A stretch of DNA of 64,000 nucleotides, taken from Eledone cirrhosa. Lineage: Eukaryota. The DNA is taken from the NCBI GenBank assembly GCA_964016885.1, contig OZ024745.1:46500001-46564000 (forward strand), given 5' to 3'. A program made the translations under genes and the position numbers. The notes beneath the pieces are model-generated. The model had not been told where the DNA came from. It saw only the letters and a list, made by a program, of their open reading frames with translations, and did not search any database. Shown here in pieces: positions 49,036 through 61,375 of this stretch (its first letter is position 1; each line of letters begins with the position of its first letter).

Positions 49036-49354
49036 CATTATATCTTTTTTAGTCTCCCATTTCCAATTTCCCCGAACGCAGATATCATGACTATGTGTGT
49101 GTTTGTGTAAATGTATGTGTGAATTTATGTATGTTTGTGTGAAAGTATGTGTATTTGTGTGAATTATGTCCGTGAGTGTGTATTTTTATAAGTTTGTGTT
49201 TGCGCGATTATAGTTATATACTCATACGTATAGATGTATGTATGTGCACACTCATACGCGTCAACGAGTAGAAAATCATAATCTCTCTATCTCTCTCATC
49301 ACACACTCTCTATATATATATATGGTAGTTGAAGTGGTGGTGATGGCGACGATA

Positions 49355-49551
49355 TACCGGAAGTGCAACTTTGAAAAGAAGTCAATTTTAAATTATTTAT
49401 TTTTACGAAATTATTTATGTTTACGAAATTTAGTACATAAATTATGTAATATTCATTTATTATTTATTCAAAGTAATCCAACTTATTTTACTAACTGGAT
49501 TAAAAGAAATAAACCGTACGCAGTCCCGCAGACCTATTATTATAGTTTAGA
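49355..49551 (-). mobile_element. Helitron 5' terminal segment abutting the 3' end of the helicase copy
   Basis: Reverse strand begins TCTAAACTATAATAATAGG and shares ...aaaataagttggattactttg with 51259-51343 and 46715-46800. Confidence 0.7.
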
Positions 49552-51343
49552 CTAACAGAAGAACCGCCGAAGGGCGGTTTTCTGCTAGCATATATAGTGT
49601 GTATATTGATATACACAAATAATATATGCACATAGATATAATACGTAAATAGACAATATGTACATAAACTGAACAAAGACTGTATTACACTTACTTCTGT
49701 AATCAGTAAAGTAATCCATGATACATTTTAAAAAAAGGCGATAATGGAGATGGAAAAGCGATGAGACTGTTGACGGAGAATGTCGATGGGAAGCTTCAAG
49801 CAGTGAATTTGAAAATAGATGCTGCTGGTATGAATGAATGAATAACATTTACCAATATGAAGAGTTGACCTTCGCTATATTGTTCTTTTACTGTATTCAC
49901 ATATAGAATTCTTAAGTTTTTGTAGTGTCCCTTTTCTAGCAGTTAAAAAAACTGAAATGCATTTCAACTAAAAGAGAGTGATAGCTGTTTCACATCACTG
50001 TAGAATTTCTTTGTAGACACAGTTGTCAACAAACAGACCCCTTTCATTTAATACTTTTATATTTTCTTTTTTTGTAACTCGTGATAATGCAACATACATC
50101 TGACCATGTGAGAAGAATTGTGTTGGTAGATATACCCCATCTTTTCAAATGTCTGCCCTTGTGCCTTGTTGCATGTAAGGGCAAGGGCTGGTTTGACAGG
50201 AAATTGCTTGCAAGTAAAGGTGAAAAGGAATTCAAGCTCTTGAGGTACATGTGGTATCTTTGGGATTAGCAACCTTGTTCCAGCATTGGGACCCAATGCC
50301 ACTTCAGCTTCAATTACATGATTATGTAAACTGATGATGATGATGTAGCATGTACCATTGCAATGCCCGTTTAGAGGATCCAGATTTCTCAGAAGCATGA
50401 TGCAACTGCCTTTCTTCAGTTTAAGTATGTGTGTTGGGAAGCCTGATGGGGTAAGTTTGTTGATGAACTCAATTGGATATTGCAGTTCATTATCTACTGT
50501 ATAAGAGCTTCTGTAGATTATTTCATGACCAGGGAACTTGTTGACTATGAACTCATTCACCAATCTTGCTGCATCATTTGTTGGAGTGATAATGGCTCTA
50601 TTTGCAAGCCATAGGGGGGTTTGTATAGTTTCCTGGAAGATTTGTATACACAAAAATCACACAGTCCAGACACATTACCATATTCCAGACAAAGTTCATT
50701 TGGCAGAAGTATTGTGAATGCACCTACAGTTGGAACAGTTGGAATGTTACCATTTCCCTCATCAAGAAGGTAGTTTGCAAACTGTCTTTCATCAGAATCC
50801 TCTGCATTAATTAACCGTTGATTGGTTGTCATCTCCATGGTTTCCACATAGCCCCAGAGATAGGATCTCTTGATGGTTGCCTCAACTATTTGTGGTCTAA
50901 CACCATGACGTACAACTGGAAGAATTTGTTTCCAGTCACCAGATAGTAATACTGTTAGACCACCAAGTGGATTTTTGCAATCTCGAACATCTTTGAAGCT
51001 CCTGTCAAGGCATTCAAAGATATGCTTATGTCCCATACCTATCTCATCAATAATTAACAGGTCAGCTTACTGCATAAGTTTACCCGTGTCATCCCTCTGT
51101 GTGAAGAAGCAAGTTGATTCAGCAGTAACATTGAGAGGAATCTTGCACTTGGAATGAAGAGTTCTACCTTTGTGAAGCAAAGTGGCTGCTATTCCAGATA
51201 TGGCAGTGGCAGGTGCAATATTTTTTTTAGATCTGAGGTAATCCAATAGGTTGTTTACAAAGTAATCCAACTTATTTTACTAACTGGATTAAAAGAAATA
51301 AACTGTACGCAGTCACGCAGCCCTTGCTTTATTATAGTTTATA
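49552..51343 (-). mobile_element. Internally deleted Helitron carrying a PIF1-family helicase pseudogene (no Rep)
   Basis: SGIAATLLHKGRTLHS, LIIDEIGM, GGLTVLLSGDWKQILPV, LKLKKGSCIMLLRNL, NGT and QFPVKPALALTCNKAQGQT in frameshifted ORFs 50057-51270. 3' hairpin and TTAG at 49552-49588. Confidence 0.92.
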
Positions 51344-52829
51344 TATATATATACGCACACATATATATATTCAATGTGGTCTATCTTTCACGGTAGGGTC
51401 TATACCGTAGTTAGAACTCAATGTAATCCGTTAGCATGTAGTTCAGTGAGATCCAGTGATTGGTTCCGTATTTTGCCGAGTCAATCTTTTAGATATTTCA
51501 TATTATTTCATTTAACAAAGGCAAGTTATTTTACATATCTCATTCACCAAACTTCAAAATTCTACGTAAATGAAGTGCTAAAAAATATTTTCGCTTTGGA
51601 GTTAAATATTACACCGGTCTCACTTCGGAGTTGAATATTACACCGGTTTCAATTTCGACGTGAAATTCGTATTTCCTATTGTTTTGATTTGTTTATATGA
51701 ATTTGGCCTTCAAAACGGTCGGAAATTGGTAAAAAAAATAATTACGTAATACAAAAACTATACTCTAAATGACACTTAAAACATTTTAAATATCAAAATA
51801 TTAAAACTTCGTAAATATATTCTTTACTCATGATGTATTGATTACCTGCCTCGGCTTATAACGGTGTTTGGATTTTTGCCTATTTCTTTGATATAAGATA
51901 GGGGTTGACTAATACTGGAGTATATACAATAAGTCTACCACCCAAATAAGCCACACCACGATTTGAACTCAGAGCACAAAGAGCCGAAATATATAGCACA
52001 AAGCATTCTTGTTCTACACCCTAATGATTCTGTCAACTCAAGAATTATACCAAGGAAACAGTCCTCACAACCTTCATAGAAATGCTACAAATCACTGCAA
52101 ATGCTAAATCTTACAATCTCTGATGACTGCTGCTCCTGACCTCATATATAACATTACCAACACTGCGTCCCATAAACTATGTTTCCACTGTGCAGGCAGA
52201 ATATATATCAGCCAAATTGACAGTCAATGTGTCAGATTGCACTACCACCAAAACTGCTATTTTTCAGGTTTGTTTTCTTGCTACTTAAATGAGTTCTAAT
52301 TTGGGCACAAGGCCAGCAATTTATGGGGAAGGAAGAGTCAGTTTTTTTATCCTGAAGGATGATAGACACAAAGCCAAACATTTTAGGGTGAGGAGAAGGT
52401 CAATTATATCGACCTCAATGCTGGTACTTTATTTTGTTGACTCCAGAAGGATGAAAGGCAAAGTTGTGATTTGAACTCAGAATGTAAAAGACTGTAAGTA
52501 AATGCCACAAAGCATTTTGTCCAATACTCTAACTATTCTGCCTTTCTACTGTCCTTATATAATTCTTAATAATAATAATAATCTTATGAACAACAGCAAC
52601 AACAAAATCTACAGCCATTTAAAACAAAGCATTTCTGCTACATTGCTTAACCAGAAGTGACACATTTTCAGAACATATATTAAGAAAAAAGTTTTAAATA
52701 AAACCATGATGAAGTGGTAGTGCAGTGTATATAACGTAGTGATTTGGTGTTAAATATGTCATAGTATAGAGTGGTTATTTTGTGTACTATATGTTATAGT
52801 AAAGTGTATATTTTATTGTAGTCTACAAG

Positions 52830-53216
52830 ATGATCCAAGAATAGATGAGTTACAATCTCCATGATCACATCACCCCAAACATATGGCCTCCTAGCTCACC
52901 AGACCTGAATACATTGAACTACTACGTATGGGCGTAGTCAACCAACACCCCCACAACACTCTAAAATCTCTGAAGTCTGCCATAACTAACACAATGTTAA
53001 AAATAGATAAAGATCATCTGATTAAGGCATGTCAAAGTTTCAGACCTCGTATTGAAGCAGTCATTGAAGCTAATGGTGAATTCATTGACTAGATGTGTCA
53101 AGAAGAGTCTCAATATTATTCATGCCAATCTTTTCTCAAATAAATCTCTTCTTTCTTGACTTATGTGACTTTTACTTAATTCATGCAAATATCCTCAAAG
53201 AACTGAGCAACTCTGT
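52830..53216 (+). mobile_element. Tc1/mariner (maT-like) transposase 3' fragment
   Basis: NIWPPSSPDLNTLNYYVW...HPHNTLKSLKSAI...IKACQSFRPRIEAVIEANGEFID*, ending ...caactctg|TA. Confidence 0.82.
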
Positions 53217-54659
53217 ATTACTAAATCCTTCCAAATTTTTTATTATTTATCAAATTATTTGAAAATCTTAGGCAGTGTCTTTCATTATAAATATGGCAAT
53301 GGAAGGATTAAAATGTTGCATCCTGCTATAATTCTTCTATTGCTACTAAAACAATTTGTACCATTCCTGCCCAAATGCACATAATTTAAGAACATGAGGT
53401 ATGATTAGATAGTTTTCACTGTTATTTCTAGCTGATTAAATAAACATGTAGAGGCTCCTTCATTGTAATATGGGGTTTAATGTTCAGGTAAATATAAAAG
53501 TAGGTTAAAAAATCACTCTAAAATATGTTAACCTGATTAAATTTCTCAGAGACTTTGTTACCTGTTCCCCTTCTCCAAATAAACTGTGGCATGTGGAGTA
53601 AAATGTCTGGCCTCAACTAAACACTGGAACACCTACAGTGGATGTCAACCTTATTTTTGAAACAATTGTTTGTTTTATTTTTTTAAATTTTGGCTGGAGT
53701 CGCAATAAAATGTTCCCAGTATATGCTGTAAAGTGGCTGGTGTTAGGAAGGGCATCCAGCCATAAAAGTCAAGTCAAAACAAAGTATATGAGCAGGACCT
53801 AGTCATCTGATTGGTCAGACCTCAGCACAAGACAGCCGTCTAACCTATGAAAGCATGGAAAATAGATGTTAAAAGGTGATGGTGATGATGTTGAATATAA
53901 TGATGATTATGATTCTGCCTACCACAAACTACTCGACTGTGAATCTTAAATGGGATTCATCAAGCTAATGCAAGCAAGATTGTAATGTGCTTATCTTGAA
54001 ATATTGAGCTCATTATCTATCATGCTTCTATCATTGACTCAAGGCAACCATTTATTTTTGTCTTTAATGGTGGGGTATGGTTGATTAAGTCACTCCATCA
54101 AAGATTTTAATCAATCAATTATATTGACTTCAGCCATAGAAACCATGCTAAAAATGGAAAGTAACCCCTCCCCTGCAATGAGCTAACCTCTCCCCTGCAA
54201 CACACACATGCATCTATGATGACAGCATTTCCATTTAATTATTAACTTGGTCTATAATGTTCTACCAGAATGGAAAAATACGGTCTTGGACTTTATCCAA
54301 CTGCATGATGCCTTGGGCAAGTCTTCTACTATAACCTTGGGTTGACCACTGCGTTGTTAATTAATTTGGTAAACAAACTGTATGAATACCATTATGTGTA
54401 TGTTTGTTTGTCTCTCTTCTCTTCACTTCATATCTAATATTGCTAAAACTGGTGGTGATATAAACAAATATCACCACCAGTTTTAGCAATATTTGTTTAT
54501 ATCTTGCGCAAAAGAATGAAAATTAGTGTCAGAAATGGTATCCAGCCACAGAATTCTACCTTAAAAAATCTCATCAAACCCATGCAAGTATTGAAGAATT
54601 GGTGTAAATCTAATGATATGTATGATTATATTTAAAATGCTTCTATTAATGTTTTAATT

Positions 54660-54893
54660 AGTTGATATGGTATGGACATGTAATGCATATGGATGATGAT
54701 CATTGGGTGAAGATGTGTCTGAAGTTCCAAGTGGAAGGAAGCCTTGAACGAGGAAGACCAAAACAGATGTGGGCAGAGTTAATGAAAGCTGATTTCACAA
54801 AGGAAAGAATCAAGTGGAGAGATGCTGTCCTAGAAGAGGACTCATCTAACCCATGTGAGCATAGAAAAGCCAATTTAAAAATGATGATGATGA
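54660..54893 (+). mobile_element. RTE family 3' fragment
   Basis: WYGHVMHMDDDHWVKMC..VEGSLERGRPKQMW followed by the ctaacccatg...(gat)n tail. Confidence 0.75.
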
Positions 54894-54974
54894 GTTATGC
54901 TGAGCTCCTTCCTGGACTAAAAGAATATCTTATTTATCTTCACCTTCACCCATGCCTCATCCATGACGGTTTAA

Positions 54975-55193
54975 CCCTTTAGCATTTAAACCAGCTGTAT
55001 TTGGCCAGAATTCTCTCACCCTTTTCTGTCCAAACTGGCCATAACCTGCCACTCATTGACGTTATAGTATTGTTCTCAAAATAAATAATATCAAAATCTC
55101 ATAGATTCGATATTATGTGAGATAGTTATGTGAGGTAAAGCCTTTACAACGAAAATGCAATAGTAAATATAGATTAATGTAAATGCTAAAGGG
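54975..55193. mobile_element. piggyBac-like MITE
   Basis: TTAA|ccctttagcattta ... taaatgctaaaggg|TTAA: perfect 14-bp TIRs and TTAA target duplication. Confidence 0.9.
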
Positions 55194-56279
55194 TTAAATT
55201 TGCACCATCCTCAGTACCATGTGTTTCATTTCCTTGGCTCACATTGACAATAAGAAGTTGTCTAAACATCATAATGCCTCCATTAATGTGTGTGTATATG
55301 TGCATGTGTGTGTATGTATGTTTGTGTGTGTGTGTTTGAATAAACATAATAAACAGTTACAAATTTTAAAGATATTAATATGAATAGCTGAAAATATCCA
55401 ATATATATATAATATTCATTAAGCAGATCAAATTAGTTAACTCTTAATATTCCGCACCCCATAAAATCACATAAGTAAAAGATTTTTCAAAAGTTTACAA
55501 AACTCCTCCCAGTTAAATCAGCCATATATTTCATAAGCCATAGGTCAGAGAAGGGTCAATTAGCCTTTCTAGTTATTTTTTTAATTTTTTAAATTTTTTT
55601 GACGTTTTTAAACATTTAAAATTATAAGAGAAAACGAATCATTAACTCCGTGTTTAGTTCTGGTTACCACTAGGAGGGGAGGCAACTCTGGAATATAAAT
55701 TATAATTAATTATAAATTGGTTCTAGTAAGGGAGTGAATCAGTTCTTAAAAATATTGTTTATACGTTTTTTATACCAACCCACCTAAAACTGTCCCTGAT
55801 AAACTATTCATTTTGAAAATTTCATATTTATTTTAAAACCTATCGTTATTACTATTATGTTCGAAACACCAACTTATTAATGAAAAAGTTAGTCACTTTA
55901 TTTAAGTAAAATTAATTGAAACACATAGGCAATATACCGTATTCTTCCGTGTGTACCATCTAGTTTCTAGCAGCGAACAGCATTCAACGTCCACAATTCC
56001 GAACTGTACATAAGTATCGTTTCTTTGCAGGACAGAAACACCCTTCTTTTTGTATCTTTTCACACACTCCGCAAAGAGTGAAGTACACTCCATGACTGAG
56101 CAGCAATCAGTGGTGGATAATATCAGCAGTGTTGAGATGAGAGTTGTGGATAACAGCTAAGTCTCATCAGGGAGAAAATAATGATAGAACTTGACAGTAA
56201 AGGGTGATGGTATTATATATGGGTACTAGCGACTGGTAAAAGTTTAATTTTAATATATTTTTTTTTATTAGAAAGGAGA

Positions 56280-56640
56280 ATTTTATTTCACATAATAAAC
56301 AATGAAAAAAAAAAATGTAAAAAAAGTGAAATTGGTAAAAAGGGATTGCCTCTACACTCTTAGCTAAGCAGTACATATAAGCTGTGCCCTGCAAACAAGA
56401 TGGAGAACAGCCAGTGACCCCTGGTACATCAACCACACCACCTCATGGGCCACTTCTTCAGGCAGGATGTACTCCTTCTAATTTTGCAGAGGAAATAGTC
56501 CAGGAACTGAGGAGATCAAAGGTCTCTATGGTGACTAGCACAAAAAGGAATCAGTCAGTCAAGTCCCAGTATTTGGACATCTTCAGCTCCTCTACTTTAT
56601 GGGTGTCACAATCCAGGTTTGAGACTAATACAACATGACT
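56280..56640 (-). mobile_element. Highly decayed CRE-type RLE fragment
   Basis: Reverse strand EELKMSKYWDL..FLFVLVTIETF and WLMYQGSLAVL, then a T-rich UTR and AATAAA. Confidence 0.55.
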
Positions 56641-59600
56641 TGATATCAACTAATAGTTTCATTTTATATTTTAATTGATCCTCATCAACAAAAATTGGTT
56701 CAGGCCATCATTCTTCTCAGACATCTTTTATTTTATCTGCTATTGAGGGTGTCTTTAATTGTTGCTATTTTTTTAATATAACAAATTATTTTTTTTAATA
56801 AAACTAAATTTTTTTTTTTTTAAATAAAACTAATTTTTATTTTCAAAGTATTGGATTATCGAAGTGCTGAGTAGTTATGAAATTCCTAGAAAGAATCACA
56901 GACACAAAAAATAACTGTAAACACAGTCGATTGTTATAAATAATAATTTTAAAAATCAGGTAAATACCCCTAAGGATGAAAAAAGTGACCAGTGGTTGGT
57001 ATGAAGGATTGAACATCCTATCTCTCCAATTACAACTGAGTTCTCTAACCATTGAACTAAGGACACTCTGTAAGTAAATAAAAAGGTAAGCAGAGGAAGA
57101 CATTAGATGAAGCACTTTGATCTAAAGAGTTGGATATCTCAGGTGAGATGACACACTGATCTAGACATATGGGAAGATATTATATTGCTCACCTGCCCAA
57201 TCCATAAAATCATGGAAAGTTACATTAGAATTGATACACAGTCAATTTCTTCTAATGTGTAGGCATTAAATCTTAAAACAGATGGTACAATAAGAATATA
57301 TTTATAAATTCTTATTTGAATAATGAAATTTACTTTAATTGCCAGCTACAATAGTATGTGTATCTATCTATATATATATGCCTTCTCTCTATATAAGCCT
57401 GTAGGTTGAGGAAAAAGAGGAAGAGAGGAAGGGAGTACTCACTCTTGGTGTTCCTGGAGATGAGGGTTGTACATTTTTCCGGGGTGTGTACAACCCCTGT
57501 GTAACGCCTCCCCCCTATTGGGGATATCAATTGTTATTTGTTATTTTATTAATAGTTTTATTTTCATATACCTGTATGTAAACTCCCCATTTGTATTTGT
57601 CCCCTTCTTTTGTGCCCTTGTGGCTAATAAAGAAATTTATCTCTATATATATATGCAGACAAGGATATGTAAAATCATTCTCAATAACATGATTATGGGC
57701 ACAAGCATAGTGATGCTGTTAAGATCACTTTGCAACCATATGCTTTCAAGTTCAGTCCCACTATGTAGCACCTTAGGCAAGTTTCTTCCATTACAGACTT
57801 AGGTTAATCAATACCTGTTGAGTGGAATTTAGGAGATGATGACTGCAGAAGTTTATCATATGTTGGCATTAGAAAAGGCATCTGACTGTAGAAACCTCGC
57901 CAAATATGAAACAAGTGAAGATATGGTTCCCTGACCATTCTAGTTTCAAACCATAATGACTTGTCTAAACTATACCAGCATGGAAAGTGGATGTATGTAT
58001 AATGATGATGATGATGATGCTGATATATTTATGTATGTAAAATAAGAACCAAACTTTAAAAAATAAGTATTTGCCTCTGAGGCAGTGCTTCCAGCAGGAC
58101 TGCAGTCTATTGACTAAAACCAGTAAAAGAAATAAAAGAACGTAGATTGAGGAACTTGATGTTGGCAACTGTGATTTAATTCTAATTGATTGACTCATTT
58201 CTTCTTCCATTCTTTCTGTAGTGTTGGTCTGTCAGTTTCAATGTCATGTCCAAACAATGCTATTTACATACTTGTTGGGGTCTATTTAGAAATAACCAGC
58301 TGTTTATTTTTTATTGATTATTTGTGAACAGTTAGATTTCCTCACAAGTGTAATAACAGAATTACAATGTTAAAATAGTACTTCTGTTTTTAGTCATACA
58401 AAGTTTAATCAATCAAGTTTTCAGGTGTTGCACTGTTTCATTTCCTGTTTTTATTTTGATATGTAGAAGTTTGCTAAATAATTGAATTGCACGCAAATAC
58501 GTTTATATAAATGTTCAACATTATTGTATCTCATTTTTATTTTATTTCTAGAATAGTTACATATAGCTGTCCGGACACTGCTTCCTTCAAAACTTCCATG
58601 CTTCCCGAAATTCACCAACACTCCACCTGATATTTCCCCTCCATACATACACACATGTATCTGTGTGTATATCATGACTCATACACTGTTCACTTTCCTC
58701 ACATTTGTACATTATTCTATGTACTATACATGCACCTTTGATGAGTTGTAGTGCACCTGAGCACTGTACACAATCATTTTCATTATTATATTATTTTATA
58801 TCCCTATATATTGTATGAGGTGACTAAAAGTATTGGCATCAGTAAGGGCCTCCAGCCATAAAACACTGACTCTGAACTTCTTATTCAACCCATGCCAGTA
58901 TGGAAAAGAAAATATAAAACAATGCGGCTGATGATTTAATATAATGCTAAAAGGTACCCAGTCCACCCTGTTAGGTACTAGAGGTGGTGCCATGATAAAA
59001 TGGACCCGCTACACACTATGAAGTGGTTGTCATTAGAAAGGGCTTCCAGCTGTAGAAATCATGTCAGAATCGAACATATGAGTAACATTTGGTCATCTAA
59101 CTTGTCTGTCATTAAACATGAAGACCCATCTAACCCATGCAAGCATGAAAAATAGAATTAAAACAGTCATGATGATTTTCTATTAAATTTTACATCCATT
59201 CCCACAATACATTTCTATTGTTTTTTTGTTTTTTTTTGTTTATAATCTTTCTTGTTTTTTCTTTCTCACATCCCCCCTCTCTCCTTTAGTGGCATTTTTT
59301 TTATTTCACGAGTGAATTTAAAACTTTTTTTTCTTCATAGTTATAAAGTTTTCCTTTACTACTCTAATGTATGTGAGGAAAGCTTGAATACCACAACTTA
59401 CCATTCCTACATTTCTGTAATTCTTCACCCTTATTGTCATTATCATCAATTTTATATGTTAATTTTGCTCTACCTGAAATCAATCCATACCTTATTTTAA
59501 GCATGGTAAATATATCACTGATATGTATGGTGTATTGTTTATGAGGATATAAACATTATCATTACACATGAATGCACACACCTATATATATATATCCATG

Positions 59601-61229
59601 CTAGCATGGAAAATGGACGTTAAATGATGATGATGATTATATATATGTATAAGATAGATAGATTAACCATGGGTTTTGCACTTAGAAAGTTCTCCTCTGA
59701 GACATAAGACCAGGCAAGGTGATTTTGGGTAAAACAAACCTATGTTGTCCGAGGAAAAAAGAGTGTTGATATAATTATAAGTTTAAACCATATTATGACA
59801 GGTTTCCTTACAGTTTCCATCTACCAAATTTTGTCACAAGACATTAGTCAGCCTGGGTTATTGTAGAAGACATTCGCCCAAGATACCATGTAGTGGAATT
59901 GAACCCCAAACCACATGGTTCTGAAATGAACCTTTTACTACTCAGCTATGCCTGCGCTCAATTCTTTGTGTTTAATTTATAAACTCCATTATAATTTGAT
60001 CCAAGAACCTTTAGTTGGATGGGTCTTCACAGGTTGAGTCAGTACTCAAGTGAAGCCACTGACCTTTTGGACGAGCGAAGGCCCTGCAGTTTGCTTACAT
60101 GTGTTCTTGCATTCTACTAAGTGTATTTTTGTATGGCACCACTATAAAGAATATCATATTTTGGCACAACTGAGGAGTCTTTCCAACCCTATTTGGGGTT
60201 GATGCCCAGCAAATATTACAAATTAGATATAACAGATCTGTACTCCCTAACTCCAAGTAATTCATAGTTTACCTTTAGAGTTTTGGCTTATGTAACAAGG
60301 TCAAAGGAATATGATTGACAGATAACATGTCAAAGAGAAGAAATCGTCTGGTATAACATTTGTATAAATACATGTTCACAGTATTAAAAAATCAAGGTAA
60401 TTTTTATCATACTTTATTGTTTTTTAATAATGATTAAAATAAATCTCTGTAATATTTTAAAAGAGTTAAGGAAAGGTTTTTAGGAAACCTAGAAAAGCCA
60501 GGAATATTTTTATAGTACATGTTAATTCATTGGCGTATTCTAACTAGCATTCTTGGTAAAAATTTAAACAAAATTCTTCAAATTTTTGCTAAGAAATTTG
60601 AGACTCAACATAGATGTCCATGTTTTGGTGAGAGACAGGAAATTCATATGAATCAGTCTTAACCACTCCGTTGCCATATTTCTAAGAAGACGCTACCTAT
60701 GATAATCAAGAATTGGGAAAGGTTTAGTAATATAATTATATCATTATTTATCTGGTGCTTGGAACATAATTTAACAAAGGCTCTTACACAAAATTGTAAT
60801 GGAAGATTTTTAGATAAACATAAACTCTTTAAAGCCAAGTTTTGGGATGTAAAACCAGGAACAGTTTGGTATCAAATGGGTTAAAAAGGTTCAAGTCTAT
60901 CCCAAGCCTAGAAGCTTATCAGGCCAGCGCATATTCTGATTTTATTGTCATTAAGACTAAGAGTTCATGCCCTGGATGAGACACCACTTCATCGCAGGTT
61001 TAATCATTTGCTGCTATAGGAGCAGCATGCTCAAGATCATAAAATTCCACCTGATCCAGAAGTCAAATCTCCTCTGCAAATCATTACAATTGTGAGCCTA
61101 ACATCCTAATCAGTATGCCATGTCTTCATGTCAAAAGGTGAATGAAACAGTAAAAATATGCAAAACATATGACATTCACTATTTTTATGAGATTTGTCTC
61201 TTTGTTAGAAGAATTCAAATAATTCAAAA

Positions 61230-61317
61230 ACCCATCCAACAATCCATCTGTCCATCCAACTGTATATCCATCCATCCATTCGTCCCTCTGTCCATTCATC
61301 CATCCATCAATACATCC

Positions 61318-61372
<55 letters not shown>

Positions 61373-61375
61373 CAT
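61230..61375. repeat. (TCCA)n/(TATC)n compound microsatellite
   Basis: Read directly. Pure (TA)n tracts also occur at 29353-29393 and 43439-43474. Confidence 0.9.

Noticed and set aside
50057-51270. Host PIF1 helicase gene
   Set aside because: Frameshifts and stops, no Walker A motif, and Helitron termini on both sides.
55900-56160. Cys-containing minus-strand ORF, possibly a piggyBac C-terminal remnant or an exon
   Set aside because: Motif spacing is not convincing in any frame and there are no supporting splice sites.
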